Of a DNA stretch of 53,323 bases, positions 36,750 to 47,400 are shown one piece after another (position 1 is the stretch's first letter; the number at the start of each line of letters is the position of its first letter). The stretch lies in the IMG/VR virus record IMGVR_UViG_3300042564_003265, one strand, 5' to 3'. The notes below the pieces were generated by a model that saw nothing but the letters and a program-made list of their open reading frames with translations, was not told where the DNA came from and ran no database searches. A program made the position numbers and the translations under genes. This DNA is from a virus. Its lineage: Duplodnaviria; Heunggongvirae; Uroviricota; Caudoviricetes.

Positions 36750-38161
36750 ATTCCAACATTAATGTGTGTTATATTATTTTCTATAATTTTACCATACTCG
36801 ACAAAATCTAAATCTGTTAACCCATCATTTTCGAGTAGTTCATTATTTTTAGAAACTTCATTATGGAATCTTAATTGATTCCATCTTGTTTCTTGGTGTT
36901 TCCATTTATTTTTATAGAATCCATTTTCTTCGTGTGGTAATGAAATGAAAACAGATTCTCTTCTATGTGGTACTTTAATTTTTCTGGCATTATCCAATTC
37001 TAAATTAACAATTTCACAATTGGTAATCATACCGTAATTTCTTGAACCGGTTAAATCTATTAATCTATAACCATCAATAAATTTAGAATTATAATAAAGT
37101 ACAACGGTATTCTTTTTACCAAATTCCTTCATTATACCTTCATCGTGATGATTTGATATTGTATCAATTTCTTCTTCCGTAAGAACATCATCAAATACAA
37201 CTAACTTATCAAAATGACCTTTGAAAAAATTTGGGGTTTCTTCTCTTTTTGGGTTAGCTGCACCGATATAAAAAGACTTCTCTTTAGGGTATGAATATAT
37301 TTTTTCAAATACATCAGGAGAACCAACATATTTTCCGTCTTGATAGACGTTCACAATTTTCTCTGTTGGGTCAATGGTAACACAAATATTTGTTTGATAA
37401 TTTGATTTGATATTTGAGTTAACATAAAGTGCTCGTTTATCGTTAGTGAATAAACAAACGTTGTACCTTGAGAATGAATTGTATGAGATTGAGAAGTCAT
37501 AACCGGGTATTGAGAATATTGTAAAATCATCGGTATCTTTTTCGTGATTACAAGTTAACTCATCAGGAAAGAATGATACAAAAATTGATAACTTTTGATT
37601 TGTATTAATCAAATTAGGACATTCAACATACGCATCTACTCCGTTGAATTTTAATTTTTGTCCATCAACTCCTACATTCTTTATGATTAAATCATCTAAC
37701 ACAATTCCCTTTTTTCTACATCTTAAAAGTAGGTCAGTATCTTCATAACCCCACCCCCAATATTTGTTTGAGTATCCATTAATCTTTTTGAAATCTTCAA
37801 TTGGAAATAATGTAACTCCTCCAAAATATTCATCAAATACTTCTCTTGGTTTATCTCCCTCATTTTCTTTAAATCCGGTTGCTAAGTGAAGTGGATGATT
37901 TGAATATGTATAATCCACGTGAACAGGAATCATATCGATGTCGTGAAATACCACATAATCACAACCAAGTTTTTCGGCGTATTTGAATCCAATATTGAGA
38001 AGCATACCTCTATTAAACAACTTAGCATCATCTTGATTAACGATGATTAATTCAAAAGGGATATCGTTTCGTTTAAGATAACGAGTTAGTCTCTTTTTGA
38101 ACGTTTCTAATTGTTCAGGTCTATTTCTATATGGTACAATTACACCTAACTTCTTAGCCAT
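36746..38161 (-). CDS. GT7 glycosyltransferase with inserted LamG domain (paralog)
   Basis: VPYRNR, FNRGMLLNIG, HDID, YFGGV, NGYSNKYWGWGYEDTDL; LamG insert; C-terminal LPH...DGL. Confidence 0.8.
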   Translation of the reverse strand: MAKKLGVIVPYRNRPEQLETFKKRLTRYLKRNDIPFELIIVNQDDAKLFNRGMLLNIGFKYAEKLGCDYVVFHDIDMIPVHVDYTYSNHPLHLATGFKENEGDKPREVFDEYFGGVTLFPIEDFKKINGYSNKYWGWGYEDTDLLLRCRKKGIVLDDLIIKNVGVDGQKLKFNGVDAYVECPNLINTNQKLSIFVSFFPDELTCNHEKDTDDFTIFSIPGYDFSISYNSFSRYNVCLFTNDKRALYVNSNIKSNYQTNICVTIDPTEKIVNVYQDGKYVGSPDVFEKIYSYPKEKSFYIGAANPKREETPNFFKGHFDKLVVFDDVLTEEEIDTISNHHDEGIMKEFGKKNTVVLYYNSKFIDGYRLIDLTGSRNYGMITNCEIVNLELDNARKIKVPHRRESVFISLPHEENGFYKNKWKHQETRWNQLRFHNEVSKNNELLENDGLTDLDFVEYGKIIENNITHINVGI

Positions 38162-38366
38162 TTATTGTCGGGTCTTTTGGTTTTGAGATGTCGTGCCATT
38201 CTGACAAATAATACTGAATTCTATTACTCCACTCTTCTTTATCGATTTCTTCAAACCAAAGAGTTAATGCATCAAGTGAGTTTGCAATTTTTTCAAGTGC
38301 CTTCACTTTCTTTTTTTCAAGTTCCAACATTTCTAGTTGGCTGTCTTTTTTTGTTGTTTCGCTCAT
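38154..38366 (-). CDS. 70-aa helical hypothetical protein
   Basis: ORF overlaps both neighbours in frame-coupled fashion. Confidence 0.6.
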   Translation of the reverse strand: MSETTKKDSQLEMLELEKKKVKALEKIANSLDALTLWFEEIDKEEWSNRIQYYLSEWHDISKPKDPTING

Positions 38367-39214
38367 ACTGATATTATTTTTTTTATTAGTTTATTCCAAT
38401 TTCTATATCGTCTAAATTCGGGTTGTGTTAACCCTAACTCAAACTGATATTCTGTTTTTATTAAATCAATTTTAAATCTGTTTTTTCTTAAATTTTCATA
38501 CATCGTTTGGTACTCGTTTGAGTATGCATAATCTTGTCTAATATCGGCAACTGCTTTGATTCTATCAACACAAGATTTATCCCATTTAAAATGATGTACT
38601 TGTACAAATGAATGTGGATTAATCAATGGATGATTCCAACCTTGCCATCTCCAAGTTGTTTGTCCCTCAATCTTCGCATAATGTTGTCCGGATGTTATTT
38701 CAACATAACCTTTCATTACACAAATCTTATTAGGATTGGCATTACTCATTGGGTATCTAAAAAACCCCGCATTTGGAAATTGTTCCCATAATGTTGATTC
38801 TGATGTTATCTCACTGAATTCACCTCCTCTACCAATTCTATCAATGAATCCACCACGAACCATATCCCAACCATATTCATTACAATTTGATATAAGTTTT
38901 TTTAAGTTATCATCAGGATACAAATGAAACTCATCAATATCACAAATAACCCACCAATCATTCGGTTCTTTATTGGTGACGTAATTGTATAGCATCGTTA
39001 CTCGCTCCCAATCAAAAACTCTGTCTTGATGTACCCTTACTACTTTAACGTTTTTATAATCTTTGATAATTTCTTGGACTTCTTCGTTGAGTCTCGGACT
39101 ATTTTCTGTATTGTATACAATGTAGCAAATTTCATCAACATATTTTGAATAGTGATTGATGTGATGCTCAATTAAATTTGTGCCGTGCCCAATAACTGTA
39201 AGTGACCTAATCAT
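38363..39214 (-). CDS. GT2-like glycosyltransferase
   Basis: INHY...VD, W.VICDIDEF (DxDE), HHFKW-like VHHFKW motif. Confidence 0.65.
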   Translation of the reverse strand: MIRSLTVIGHGTNLIEHHINHYSKYVDEICYIVYNTENSPRLNEEVQEIIKDYKNVKVVRVHQDRVFDWERVTMLYNYVTNKEPNDWWVICDIDEFHLYPDDNLKKLISNCNEYGWDMVRGGFIDRIGRGGEFSEITSESTLWEQFPNAGFFRYPMSNANPNKICVMKGYVEITSGQHYAKIEGQTTWRWQGWNHPLINPHSFVQVHHFKWDKSCVDRIKAVADIRQDYAYSNEYQTMYENLRKNRFKIDLIKTEYQFELGLTQPEFRRYRNWNKLIKKIISV

Positions 39215-39948
39215 TTTTTTCGATTTACCAACGTTATCCCACTAGAGGATGGTTTTGTTGATAATATACGAAAATTAAAAAGATTAATCAAGTTCCACTC
39301 GGGATTTTCCTGTAATTCTTTGACTAATTTTGCCGGACCATCGAATCGATAGTGGTCTTTTTTTGCGTCTTCAGAAACTATTAATGTTTCTTCGTAATTA
39401 CTATCTGTATCGTGTATAATGATTATACCATTATCAGATAATATTTTTGAATATAATTCAAAATCTGTTTTAACTCCTTCATATGTGTGGTCACCATCTA
39501 TCCAAAGCACATCTATTTTAATATCCTGTCTAACAAAAAAATCATAATACGCGTCGACAGAAGTCGATTTAATGAACCTCGGATAAAAGTTCTTCCTGTA
39601 GAATGAATCCTCGTCATCCAAATCATTAGGGCCACCGACACCATTACAAGCATCAACAACGTAAGTAGTCCCAATGTCACCCCAATTATAATCTCCATTT
39701 CCTTCAAATATATTTTGTTTATGTAAATCAATTCTTGCCTGTGTCATAATACGTGGAATAAATCCACCACCAGAACCAATACAAACACAGTTCTTTGCCT
39801 TCATATGTTGAATGATTGAATAAACCATAATTCCATCACCCATATGTAAATCAGTTGCACCGTGTGTCCATCGATATGGAACCGGTGTATCATCATTGTT
39901 AGTGATAAATTTTTTTATATAATCATTGTTACTTATCATTTCATCCAA
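39211..39948 (-). CDS. Class I SAM-dependent methyltransferase (Methyltransf_24-like)
   Basis: VCIGSGGG, YVVD, WIDGDHTYEGVKTD, GIIIIHD. Confidence 0.8.
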   Translation of the reverse strand: MDEMISNNDYIKKFITNNDDTPVPYRWTHGATDLHMGDGIMVYSIIQHMKAKNCVCIGSGGGFIPRIMTQARIDLHKQNIFEGNGDYNWGDIGTTYVVDACNGVGGPNDLDDEDSFYRKNFYPRFIKSTSVDAYYDFFVRQDIKIDVLWIDGDHTYEGVKTDFELYSKILSDNGIIIIHDTDSNYEETLIVSEDAKKDHYRFDGPAKLVKELQENPEWNLINLFNFRILSTKPSSSGITLVNRKK

Positions 39949-40676
39949 TCAGGCCAAAGTGGTTTTGGTGTGTATCTTTTACTTACACTTATCATCTTAT
40001 CACTTAACAATTCATATAATGTTAAGTCTCTTTGAATTTGTGTTTCAGATAGTTTAGAACTAATTCTAATTGATATTCCTTCTCCCGCACCATTAACTTC
40101 TTTGTTCATACTCAAGTCACAAAACTCTTTAGCTATTTGTAGTTTCTCATAATAGTTATAAAATCTATCTTGATTAAAACCATCTTTATTAATGACTAAA
40201 AAATATTCCCAAATAGTTTCGTACTCCGTAAAATTAGGACATATTCTATTTGCATACCCATAGTACTTATCCCACTCAGATTTTTCAGGACCAATCAATT
40301 CTTTAATAAATCCTTTTTTTGCTTTGTGATTCAATAAGGTATCAACATACGTGATACCCTTTTCAAAATTATATGTTTTTAAATTTTTTAAGAATGAGAA
40401 ATCTGTGACGTGAGTATCGGCATCAAATAAAATACAAAAATCGTGATTTTTTAAGATGTGTTTTGGTAATATCATCTTATCGGAATATGATTTAAAAACT
40501 CTATCATATTGAATTACGTGAACAGGGTATGTGTATTTTGATGTAAAATTTTCAGGGGTATCCGTTAATATATAACAATGATACCCCTCATTAAGTATGT
40601 GATTTATTTTATCATAAGTACCTTTGTAATAATACTCTTCGCCAAAACAAAAAATTCCAAAACCTATGTTGTTCAT
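39936..40676 (-). CDS. Putative GT-A fold transferase
   Basis: YILTD, YSDKM, CILFDAD (DxD), EG..I. Confidence 0.45.
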   Translation of the reverse strand: MNNIGFGIFCFGEEYYYKGTYDKINHILNEGYHCYILTDTPENFTSKYTYPVHVIQYDRVFKSYSDKMILPKHILKNHDFCILFDADTHVTDFSFLKNLKTYNFEKGITYVDTLLNHKAKKGFIKELIGPEKSEWDKYYGYANRICPNFTEYETIWEYFLVINKDGFNQDRFYNYYEKLQIAKEFCDLSMNKEVNGAGEGISIRISSKLSETQIQRDLTLYELLSDKMISVSKRYTPKPLWPDWMK

Positions 40677-40682
40677 AGGTAA

Positions 40683-40711
40683 AATATAAATAAAAAATTT
40701 AAAATTGTGAA
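40683..40711 (-). promoter_or_regulatory. Sigma70-like promoter TTCACA-N17-TATATT at the head of the enzyme island
   Basis: Read directly upstream of ATG 40676. Confidence 0.5.
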
Positions 40712-40712
40712 A

Positions 40713-40859
40713 TTATATGAATTTTAAATTCAAACTGTATGTAATTGCACTTTCTTCTGTAGTGAACGGTTCACTAACGGTTTCTACTCCGTTTTGTACG
40801 TATTTTACATACCACATCTCACCTTCATTGTAAACTTCTATTTCGTTAATTGTAATCAT
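40713..40859 (-). CDS. 48-aa acidic hypothetical protein (MITINEIEVYNEGEMWYVKYVQNG...)
   Basis: Not in the track. ATG 40859, TAA 40713-40715; overlaps the end of the upstream gene. Confidence 0.55.
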   Translation of the reverse strand: MITINEIEVYNEGEMWYVKYVQNGVETVSEPFTTEESAITYSLNLKFI

Positions 40860-41220
40860 AACCTTCTATTGTTGGTAATTCTTCAACACCCCACTCTTGA
40901 TTATCTTCGTTCCAAATTGTAACCATCCCACTTTCAACTTCAGGTCTTGGAATTGGTGCTTCCCATTCTCCTTTGGTTTCATTAAGAACCCAAGAATTAA
41001 ATGGTTTTGGTGGTAAAAAAATATCTAATTCACTATTGTATGAGTAACCAACTCCTGCAAACATTTTTCTGATATTTCCATTGTAAGATGTTTGAACCCA
41101 TACACCACCTAAACCTAAATCAATCGATAAATAATCGTTACCTCTATGTTGTTGTTCATCAGGTACAACTAAAATTTGTTGTACTATATTATTCTCATCA
41201 ATTTGTGCAAAATGTGCCAT
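40846..41220 (-). CDS. Small acidic phage protein (MAHFAQIDENN...W.QTSYN...R..FAG.GY.Y...D.F..PKP..SW type)
   Basis: Start reset to ATG 41220, immediately after the stop of the Gly-rich gene; I recognise the type as a neighbour of Gly-rich tail proteins. Confidence 0.65.
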   Translation of the reverse strand: MAHFAQIDENNIVQQILVVPDEQQHRGNDYLSIDLGLGGVWVQTSYNGNIRKMFAGVGYSYNSELDIFLPPKPFNSWVLNETKGEWEAPIPRPEVESGMVTIWNEDNQEWGVEELPTIEGYDYN

Positions 41221-41221
41221 C

Positions 41222-42880
41222 TTATTTCTTTTTATATCTAATGATAACGATACCTGAACCACCGTTACCTCCTTTATTATTTGAATTGTAGTGAGCTCCA
41301 CCTCCTCCACCACCTCCGGTGTTAGTTCCTCCATCTCCACCCGGAAGATTAGTCCAACAACCTGTACATCCATTTAATGTATCTCTACCCCACTCAATAC
41401 CATCTCTACCACCGTATGCATAATTATTTGCATAGTTATTAGGTGCACCAGCACCTCCGCCACCTCTTCCACCAGCACCTCCAAATGTGGAATAACCGGC
41501 ACCTCCACCACCGCCTCCCCAATAGAACGGTCTTCCTAAAATTGTATTTAATCTTCCTGAACCTCCATTTGCTATTGATGTTGCATCAGTACCTTGTGCA
41601 TCTGCACCACCACCTCCACCTGAGTAGTATGCTTGTGTTGAGTTTCCGCCTCTATTTCCTTGTCCTGAAGTTCCTGAACCACCGTAGAATGTTCCTGCAT
41701 TGTCATTATAACCACTTGAACCTCCGCCCGAACCTCCATTACCACCAGCAATACCCGGTGAATATCCTCTATATGAACTACCACCAAAACCACCACCAAT
41801 GGATGTTAGTCCATTAAATGATGAATTACCTCCAGCCGTTGCGGGAATAGTATATTGGTGGCCTCCGGGTTGTCCGTTAGTTCCCGCTGCGGGTGCTCCT
41901 GTACCTCCAGCACCAACGGTGATTGTATACGAACCAGGTGTTAATATATGTTTACCCGATAGAACACCTCCACCGCCTCCGCCACCACCCATATCCATAC
42001 CTCCACCACCTCCACCACCTACAATTAGGTATTCCACAGGTAATGAAGAACCAATTAATGATGATAAGGTAAACGTTCCTGAACTATTAAAACGGTGAAT
42101 TCTCCAATCACCAAGTTCTGTGATAACGCCACCAGTTGCAACTACTTTTTGATTTCTGAATGAAGCCCCCTCAGTTGTGATTGATGTGGAATTTAAATTA
42201 TTTCTTGTATTATTTAATAAATCTGTTATTCTTGGTTCAGACCCGTCACATAAATCTACTCTTGGTTCAAAAAATTGTAATCTTGTGGTACTATCACCAC
42301 AATAGTAGTGATATGTTCTATGATTCAATGAAGTTGTACTTGGTCCGAATTTCATATCGTTACCAACATTACAGCCATTAATTCCCGCAACTTTAGAGCC
42401 CCCTGTAGTCCAAAAACCTGTATCTGCGTGTTGATTTGAGTTTGGATATGTGTGTGGAAAAACGTGACCAACAACTAAGTACCATTGGTCTTGGGTCAGT
42501 CCTCCTGTACCACTACAATTCCAATATGGGTTACATTCTTCACCGCCGTCGGATAATCTAATTACACATTGTCCACCTCCATTAGTTCCTAAATAAAATG
42601 TTCCTCCTCCTGAGCTCGAAGTTCTTTTAACCCATACTGACATTCTATATAGTTTAGTGTTATCAACACTAAATGAACTATGGTTCCATCCACCGTCCGC
42701 ACCTCCATCACCCGATGCTCTCGTTTCCCAAACAATCGCACTATTACCCCAAGGGTCAGTACCGATAACTCTTTCATTTTCTCCCGTGTTACCGTTCTGA
42801 CTAAATTCACCAATTCCTCCTGAACCTGCTGTCCAAGAATACGGGTCTAAAATGTTTGTTCTTCTAAAAATTACTGACAT
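41222..42880 (-). CDS. Gly-rich tail-associated protein with N-terminal carbohydrate-binding-like domain
   Basis: VEYLIVGGGGGGG...GGGGGGGV, GGNGGSGIVIIRY C-terminus. Confidence 0.7.
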   Translation of the reverse strand: MSVIFRRTNILDPYSWTAGSGGIGEFSQNGNTGENERVIGTDPWGNSAIVWETRASGDGGADGGWNHSSFSVDNTKLYRMSVWVKRTSSSGGGTFYLGTNGGGQCVIRLSDGGEECNPYWNCSGTGGLTQDQWYLVVGHVFPHTYPNSNQHADTGFWTTGGSKVAGINGCNVGNDMKFGPSTTSLNHRTYHYYCGDSTTRLQFFEPRVDLCDGSEPRITDLLNNTRNNLNSTSITTEGASFRNQKVVATGGVITELGDWRIHRFNSSGTFTLSSLIGSSLPVEYLIVGGGGGGGMDMGGGGGGGGVLSGKHILTPGSYTITVGAGGTGAPAAGTNGQPGGHQYTIPATAGGNSSFNGLTSIGGGFGGSSYRGYSPGIAGGNGGSGGGSSGYNDNAGTFYGGSGTSGQGNRGGNSTQAYYSGGGGGADAQGTDATSIANGGSGRLNTILGRPFYWGGGGGGAGYSTFGGAGGRGGGGAGAPNNYANNYAYGGRDGIEWGRDTLNGCTGCWTNLPGGDGGTNTGGGGGGGAHYNSNNKGGNGGSGIVIIRYKKK

Positions 42881-42883
42881 ATA

Positions 42884-43705
42884 TTATATTCCAAATCTTT
42901 GTCTTCCGTTATTGAAATTTTGTAAAACTTCTGCGGCTGTTAATCCTCTATTATAAATACGCGAAACACCAACACGTCCGTGAAAATTATGTGTTACGTC
43001 TGTTAGTGTTGGTCCGTAGGTTCCTACAACATATGTTGCATCTGGAATTGTTCCTGACTGACTTGCTGACCAAACTTGTACACCGTTAAGATATGCTCTA
43101 CTTGTTGCTCCGTCATATGTTCCCATAATGTGACTCCAAGAGTTATTTGGTACGTTACCATCCCAACTATATATTCTATTAACTGATGTTTGATTTGCCC
43201 AATGTAGTGCAAATGTCGAACCTCCATCTATTGAATCGATTATACCCAAATACATACTGTTCGTAGCTGATACCACACCACCTCTAATCGTACCTGTACC
43301 TACCGATGGTTTATTTGGTCTAATCCAAGCCTCACAACTTATCTGTGATGTAGGTTTACTTATAAACGATGGAATGTTAACGTAATCGTTTACTCCATCA
43401 AAAAGTACCGCACCTCCATTCAAAGAGTAATCAACAGATGGACTATTAACAAATGTACCATCATTACCATACCCACTTATATCAACCCATCTAGAAGTTG
43501 CCGCAGTACAACCAGGATTCGATGCGTAATATTGAAATCCGTATCCACAATCATAATAGAAAGATGAATTAATATAGGAACCAGAATCACCCGCATCTAA
43601 CCATAGGACTAAACCATCTGTTATCACACTTGGTGTTGACGGGGTATCTCCTAATGTATTAAAATTGGTCCCTATTAAATTATTTCCTCCTAATATTATT
43701 CCCAT
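42884..43705 (-). CDS. LamG/ConA-like lectin-domain virion protein
   Basis: ITDGLVLWLDAG, W.DISG.GN.GT, FDGVNDYV, WSHIMGTYDG, YLNG, IYNRGLTAAEVLQNF. Confidence 0.85.
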   Translation of the reverse strand: MGIILGGNNLIGTNFNTLGDTPSTPSVITDGLVLWLDAGDSGSYINSSFYYDCGYGFQYYASNPGCTAATSRWVDISGYGNDGTFVNSPSVDYSLNGGAVLFDGVNDYVNIPSFISKPTSQISCEAWIRPNKPSVGTGTIRGGVVSATNSMYLGIIDSIDGGSTFALHWANQTSVNRIYSWDGNVPNNSWSHIMGTYDGATSRAYLNGVQVWSASQSGTIPDATYVVGTYGPTLTDVTHNFHGRVGVSRIYNRGLTAAEVLQNFNNGRQRFGI

Positions 43706-43714
43706 AAAAATATT

Positions 43715-44422
43715 TTATAAACCTACTCTAGCTCTGTTTGCTTGAAAATTTTCCGCAATTTCATATGAGTGTAACGCTCTGTTATAAACTCTTATTAAAT
43801 ATAAATGTCCTGCGAATGGTTCTGCGGTTCCATTTACGTCAGTACCAATTCTATAATTTTGACTATTACTTACTGATGCCGTTAACATACCTGTGTTTGA
43901 TACGACACCGTTTATATAAGTTGTAGTAAAACCATCGTTATTTCTTGTTGATACCATATGTCTCGTCCCTGTTGCTAATGGTGCTCCTGCAGCATAAACT
44001 GCTCCATTTATGTAAACACCGTATTGACCTGAAAACCATATAGTACCACTAGTGTAACTAGGTCCGTAATTTCCAAATAATTCACCCCCACCACTTGCCG
44101 TCATTGTGTATAATACTTCAATTGTGAATGGTGATAAACCATTTGGTATTATTGTACTGCTGTTGGTTTCGACATAATCATTTGAACCATCAAAAAGTAC
44201 ACTTCCACCATTTGTAGATGTAAAAGAAGCACCATTTGTTAATGTTCCGTTATATCCATTACCACTCAAATCATACCAAGTAGAACCACCACCACCTGTT
44301 GAATCAACATCTGCAGCGTCATAGTATAGTACAATACCATCTCTATTTACTTTTGTTTTAAAAACACCAGCATTAGTAATGTCGTTTGAACTTATTATGT
44401 GATTTTTTACAACTAACGGCAT
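43715..44422 (-). CDS. LamG/ConA-like lectin-domain virion protein
   Basis: GIVLYYDAA, WYDLSGNG.NGTL.NG, FDGSNDYV, YNRAL...EI.ENF. Confidence 0.85.
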   Translation of the reverse strand: MPLVVKNHIISSNDITNAGVFKTKVNRDGIVLYYDAADVDSTGGGGSTWYDLSGNGYNGTLTNGASFTSTNGGSVLFDGSNDYVETNSSTIIPNGLSPFTIEVLYTMTASGGGELFGNYGPSYTSGTIWFSGQYGVYINGAVYAAGAPLATGTRHMVSTRNNDGFTTTYINGVVSNTGMLTASVSNSQNYRIGTDVNGTAEPFAGHLYLIRVYNRALHSYEIAENFQANRARVGL

Positions 44423-44423
44423 A

Positions 44424-47400
44424 TTACTTAATCTCTTCTAAACTAATTTTAAATTTCTTTCCGTTATTATTATTGATAATATACAGATTTTCTGCACCTT
44501 CCTGAATAGTCCAGTTGCCGGAAGTTCCGTCAATATCATTTCCTTCTGGTTTATTCATATTACTTAAGTGTAAGTCGTTCGTATAAACGTTCGCCCAACC
44601 TAATGTTGTAGAGCCTAAATTATAGGTATTGTTAGCGGATGGTTGAACCGTTCCAACAAATTCAAATAAATTTTGACTATCTTTAAAAACTGTTTTTGTT
44701 GTTGTTTTTATAACATTGGAATAATAAGATGAGTTGGATAATCCTCTTCCCGCATATGTTGAACCAGTGTTTTTCGTACCATCCATTCTAACCAATGTAA
44801 TCATTGCATCACCATCACTATACCCAGCGTAACCAGCGTTATTGTAACCACCAACGTGAAAAACAGGTCGGGCGGTAGTTGCTGCATCCCTACCCAATAC
44901 TAAAAATCCATCGTTATTATTATAACAATATAATGCTGTTGCCCATCCTTCACCACTTAAAACTTCCGAAGTACTTCTTAAACTTAAACCAGTGGCGTCC
45001 GCCGTACTTGTTGCCGCGATTTGTGGTGCACTAACAGAAGCGAATGATGGTGAGTTACCTGTACCAACACTTTGATTAATGGTATACGCGGTGATGTTAG
45101 ATGCGGTACCTGTAATGTTTGATGAAGACGTAATGTAACCAGGTCCGTTTGTAAGTTGGTTAAGGTTAGTAAGGTTACCAGCGTGATAAACAGTATTACC
45201 ACCATACGTTAAAGCTCCTGTTGAAGCTCTACCTAATGCGGTGGTGTCACCGGTATCAAAGAATAATTGTGAGTGGTAATCACCAGGATGTGTATCTATC
45301 GTCAATAAAGCACCACCATTATGAACTGATGTTGGTCTATTAGTCCAACCTGATGTTGAACCTCTATATAAACCCGTTGCGTTGAATGAGTTTACGTTAA
45401 TTGTTGCTCTATCTTGATATAATGAATCAGTGATTCCATATCCACTAAGTGTGGTTGGTTTTGATGAGACGCTAGAAAATGCAATACCTGTAATATACCC
45501 ACTATTGTTTGTGAATTGTGATATATTCATTGATGTCAATGCACCTGCCGTAGTTGCGTATGATACAGATTGTGAACCAATATTACCCGTTGTAATTGCG
45601 TCTGTTATTCCGTAACCACTTATAGTTGTTGGTTTTGAGGAAACGTTTGCAAATGATATACCAGTGATATAACCATTTGGGTTTGTTGCATTATATGGTG
45701 TATAACCTAATGCTGTAGTTACGGCACTTGAGTTAATTCCTGTAATGTAACCAGGTCCGTTTGTAAGTTGGTTAAGGTTAGTAAGGTTACCAGCGTGATA
45801 AACAGTATTACCACCATACGTTAAAGCTCCTGTTGAAGCTCTACCTAATGCGGTGGTGTCACCGTTACCAAAAACAATGTATGCGTTAGCCGCATTCTGT
45901 ACCCCTTGTATTCTAAATGTATTAGCTAAGTTAATGTCACCCATCCAAGCATCATCTCCTAACCTAAAGTTTGTACCATTGCCGTTGTTACTTGTAATAA
46001 CTTGGTCAAATGTTGGTGAACTTGATGTTAAGACTGCTTGGTTTAAATAAGAACCAAACCCTGTGGTAGATGATAATGTTATTTGGCTTGAGCCTGATAC
46101 CAATCCTGACGGTACACCTGTTATACTACCAAAAGATATTTGTGAGGAACCCGATACTATACCGCTTGGGATTCCTGATAATGAGCCGTAAGTAATTTGG
46201 GAAGAGCCCGATACCAATCCCGATGGTAAACCTGTTATACTACCAAAAGATATTTGACTAGAACCTGAGACGATACCTGATGGTATACTACTGATTGAAC
46301 CGTATGTGATTTGTGAACTACCTGACACAACACCTGATGGTAATTGTGCCGAACCCGACCACACACCACTTCCGTTTAATACTTGACTAGAACCTGACAC
46401 AACTCCTGATGGAAGTTGAGCAGAGCCTGACCAAATACCTGTACCTGCAAGTACTTGTGAACTACCAGATACTAATCCTGACGGTATTGAACTAATACTT
46501 AAGAAAGTAATTTGTGATGAACCTGAAACGACTCCTGATGGAAGTTGAGCACTACCACTCCATACTCCACTTCCGTTTAATACTTGTGAACTACCAGATA
46601 CTAATCCTGACGGTATTGAACTAATACTTAAGAAAGTAATTTGTGATGAACCTGACACTAATGCAGGTTTGTTTGCAACATTTGAATATTCAACATATGA
46701 CGCGGTTGCTACGGTACCTAATAAATTTGTTGATACTCCACTTCCTAAAGTTGAAATATCTAAGTAGGCACCTCTATTAGGTGAGCCATCTTCCCAAATA
46801 CGAAGTTTATTTTGATAAACATCGATATTAACACCACTACCATTTAATGTTGTATTTGTTACTGCTTTACCTAATAAAATTTCACCACCCTCATCTCCAC
46901 CGACAGTTGCAGCAACTATTTTACCTCCACCACCTACAGTAAATGTGCCCGTAATTTCAGTATTTGAATTGATTGATACTAATGTACCGTTATCGGTAAT
47001 ATTTGAATCATTAAGATGGTCTCCGCCAGCCGATTTTGCAACTCTACCACTTGTTAATGTTAGCTCACTACCTAATGAACCCGAACTTCTCGGACCTGAT
47101 AATAATACACCACCACCATACGATGCTTCACTTGAATTTTGGTATACCCATCTGTTGTTAACTGAGTCCCATAATAATGAACCTGTGGCAATTCCTACAG
47201 AACCTGAATCGTGGACTTCTAATCCACCAAATCGAGAACCTGGACTTGCCGTGTTAACTGTTATTATATTATCTTCAACTCTTAATTGTGAAGATGTCAC
47301 ATATGTTATTGATGATGAACCAAATACTGTTAAATTTTCTGTTATGATAACAGAACCTGATATTGTTTGATTACTTTTAAATGTATTTGAACCTGTAGTT

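Noticed and set aside
40846-41373. 175-aa ORF as given in the track, and the track starts at 14464, 21597, 22573 and 23744
   Set aside because: The extensions overlap upstream genes or promoters; downstream ATGs (41220, 14446, 21639, 22609, 23768) fit coupling and motifs better.
41222-42100. Local GC rise suggesting foreign DNA
   Set aside because: Explained by Gly/Ala codons of the Gly-rich domain.
45130-45864. Diversity-generating retroelement template/variable repeat pair
   Set aside because: The copies are identical (no adenine-specific mismatches), both lie inside the CDS, and no reverse transcriptase is in the window.
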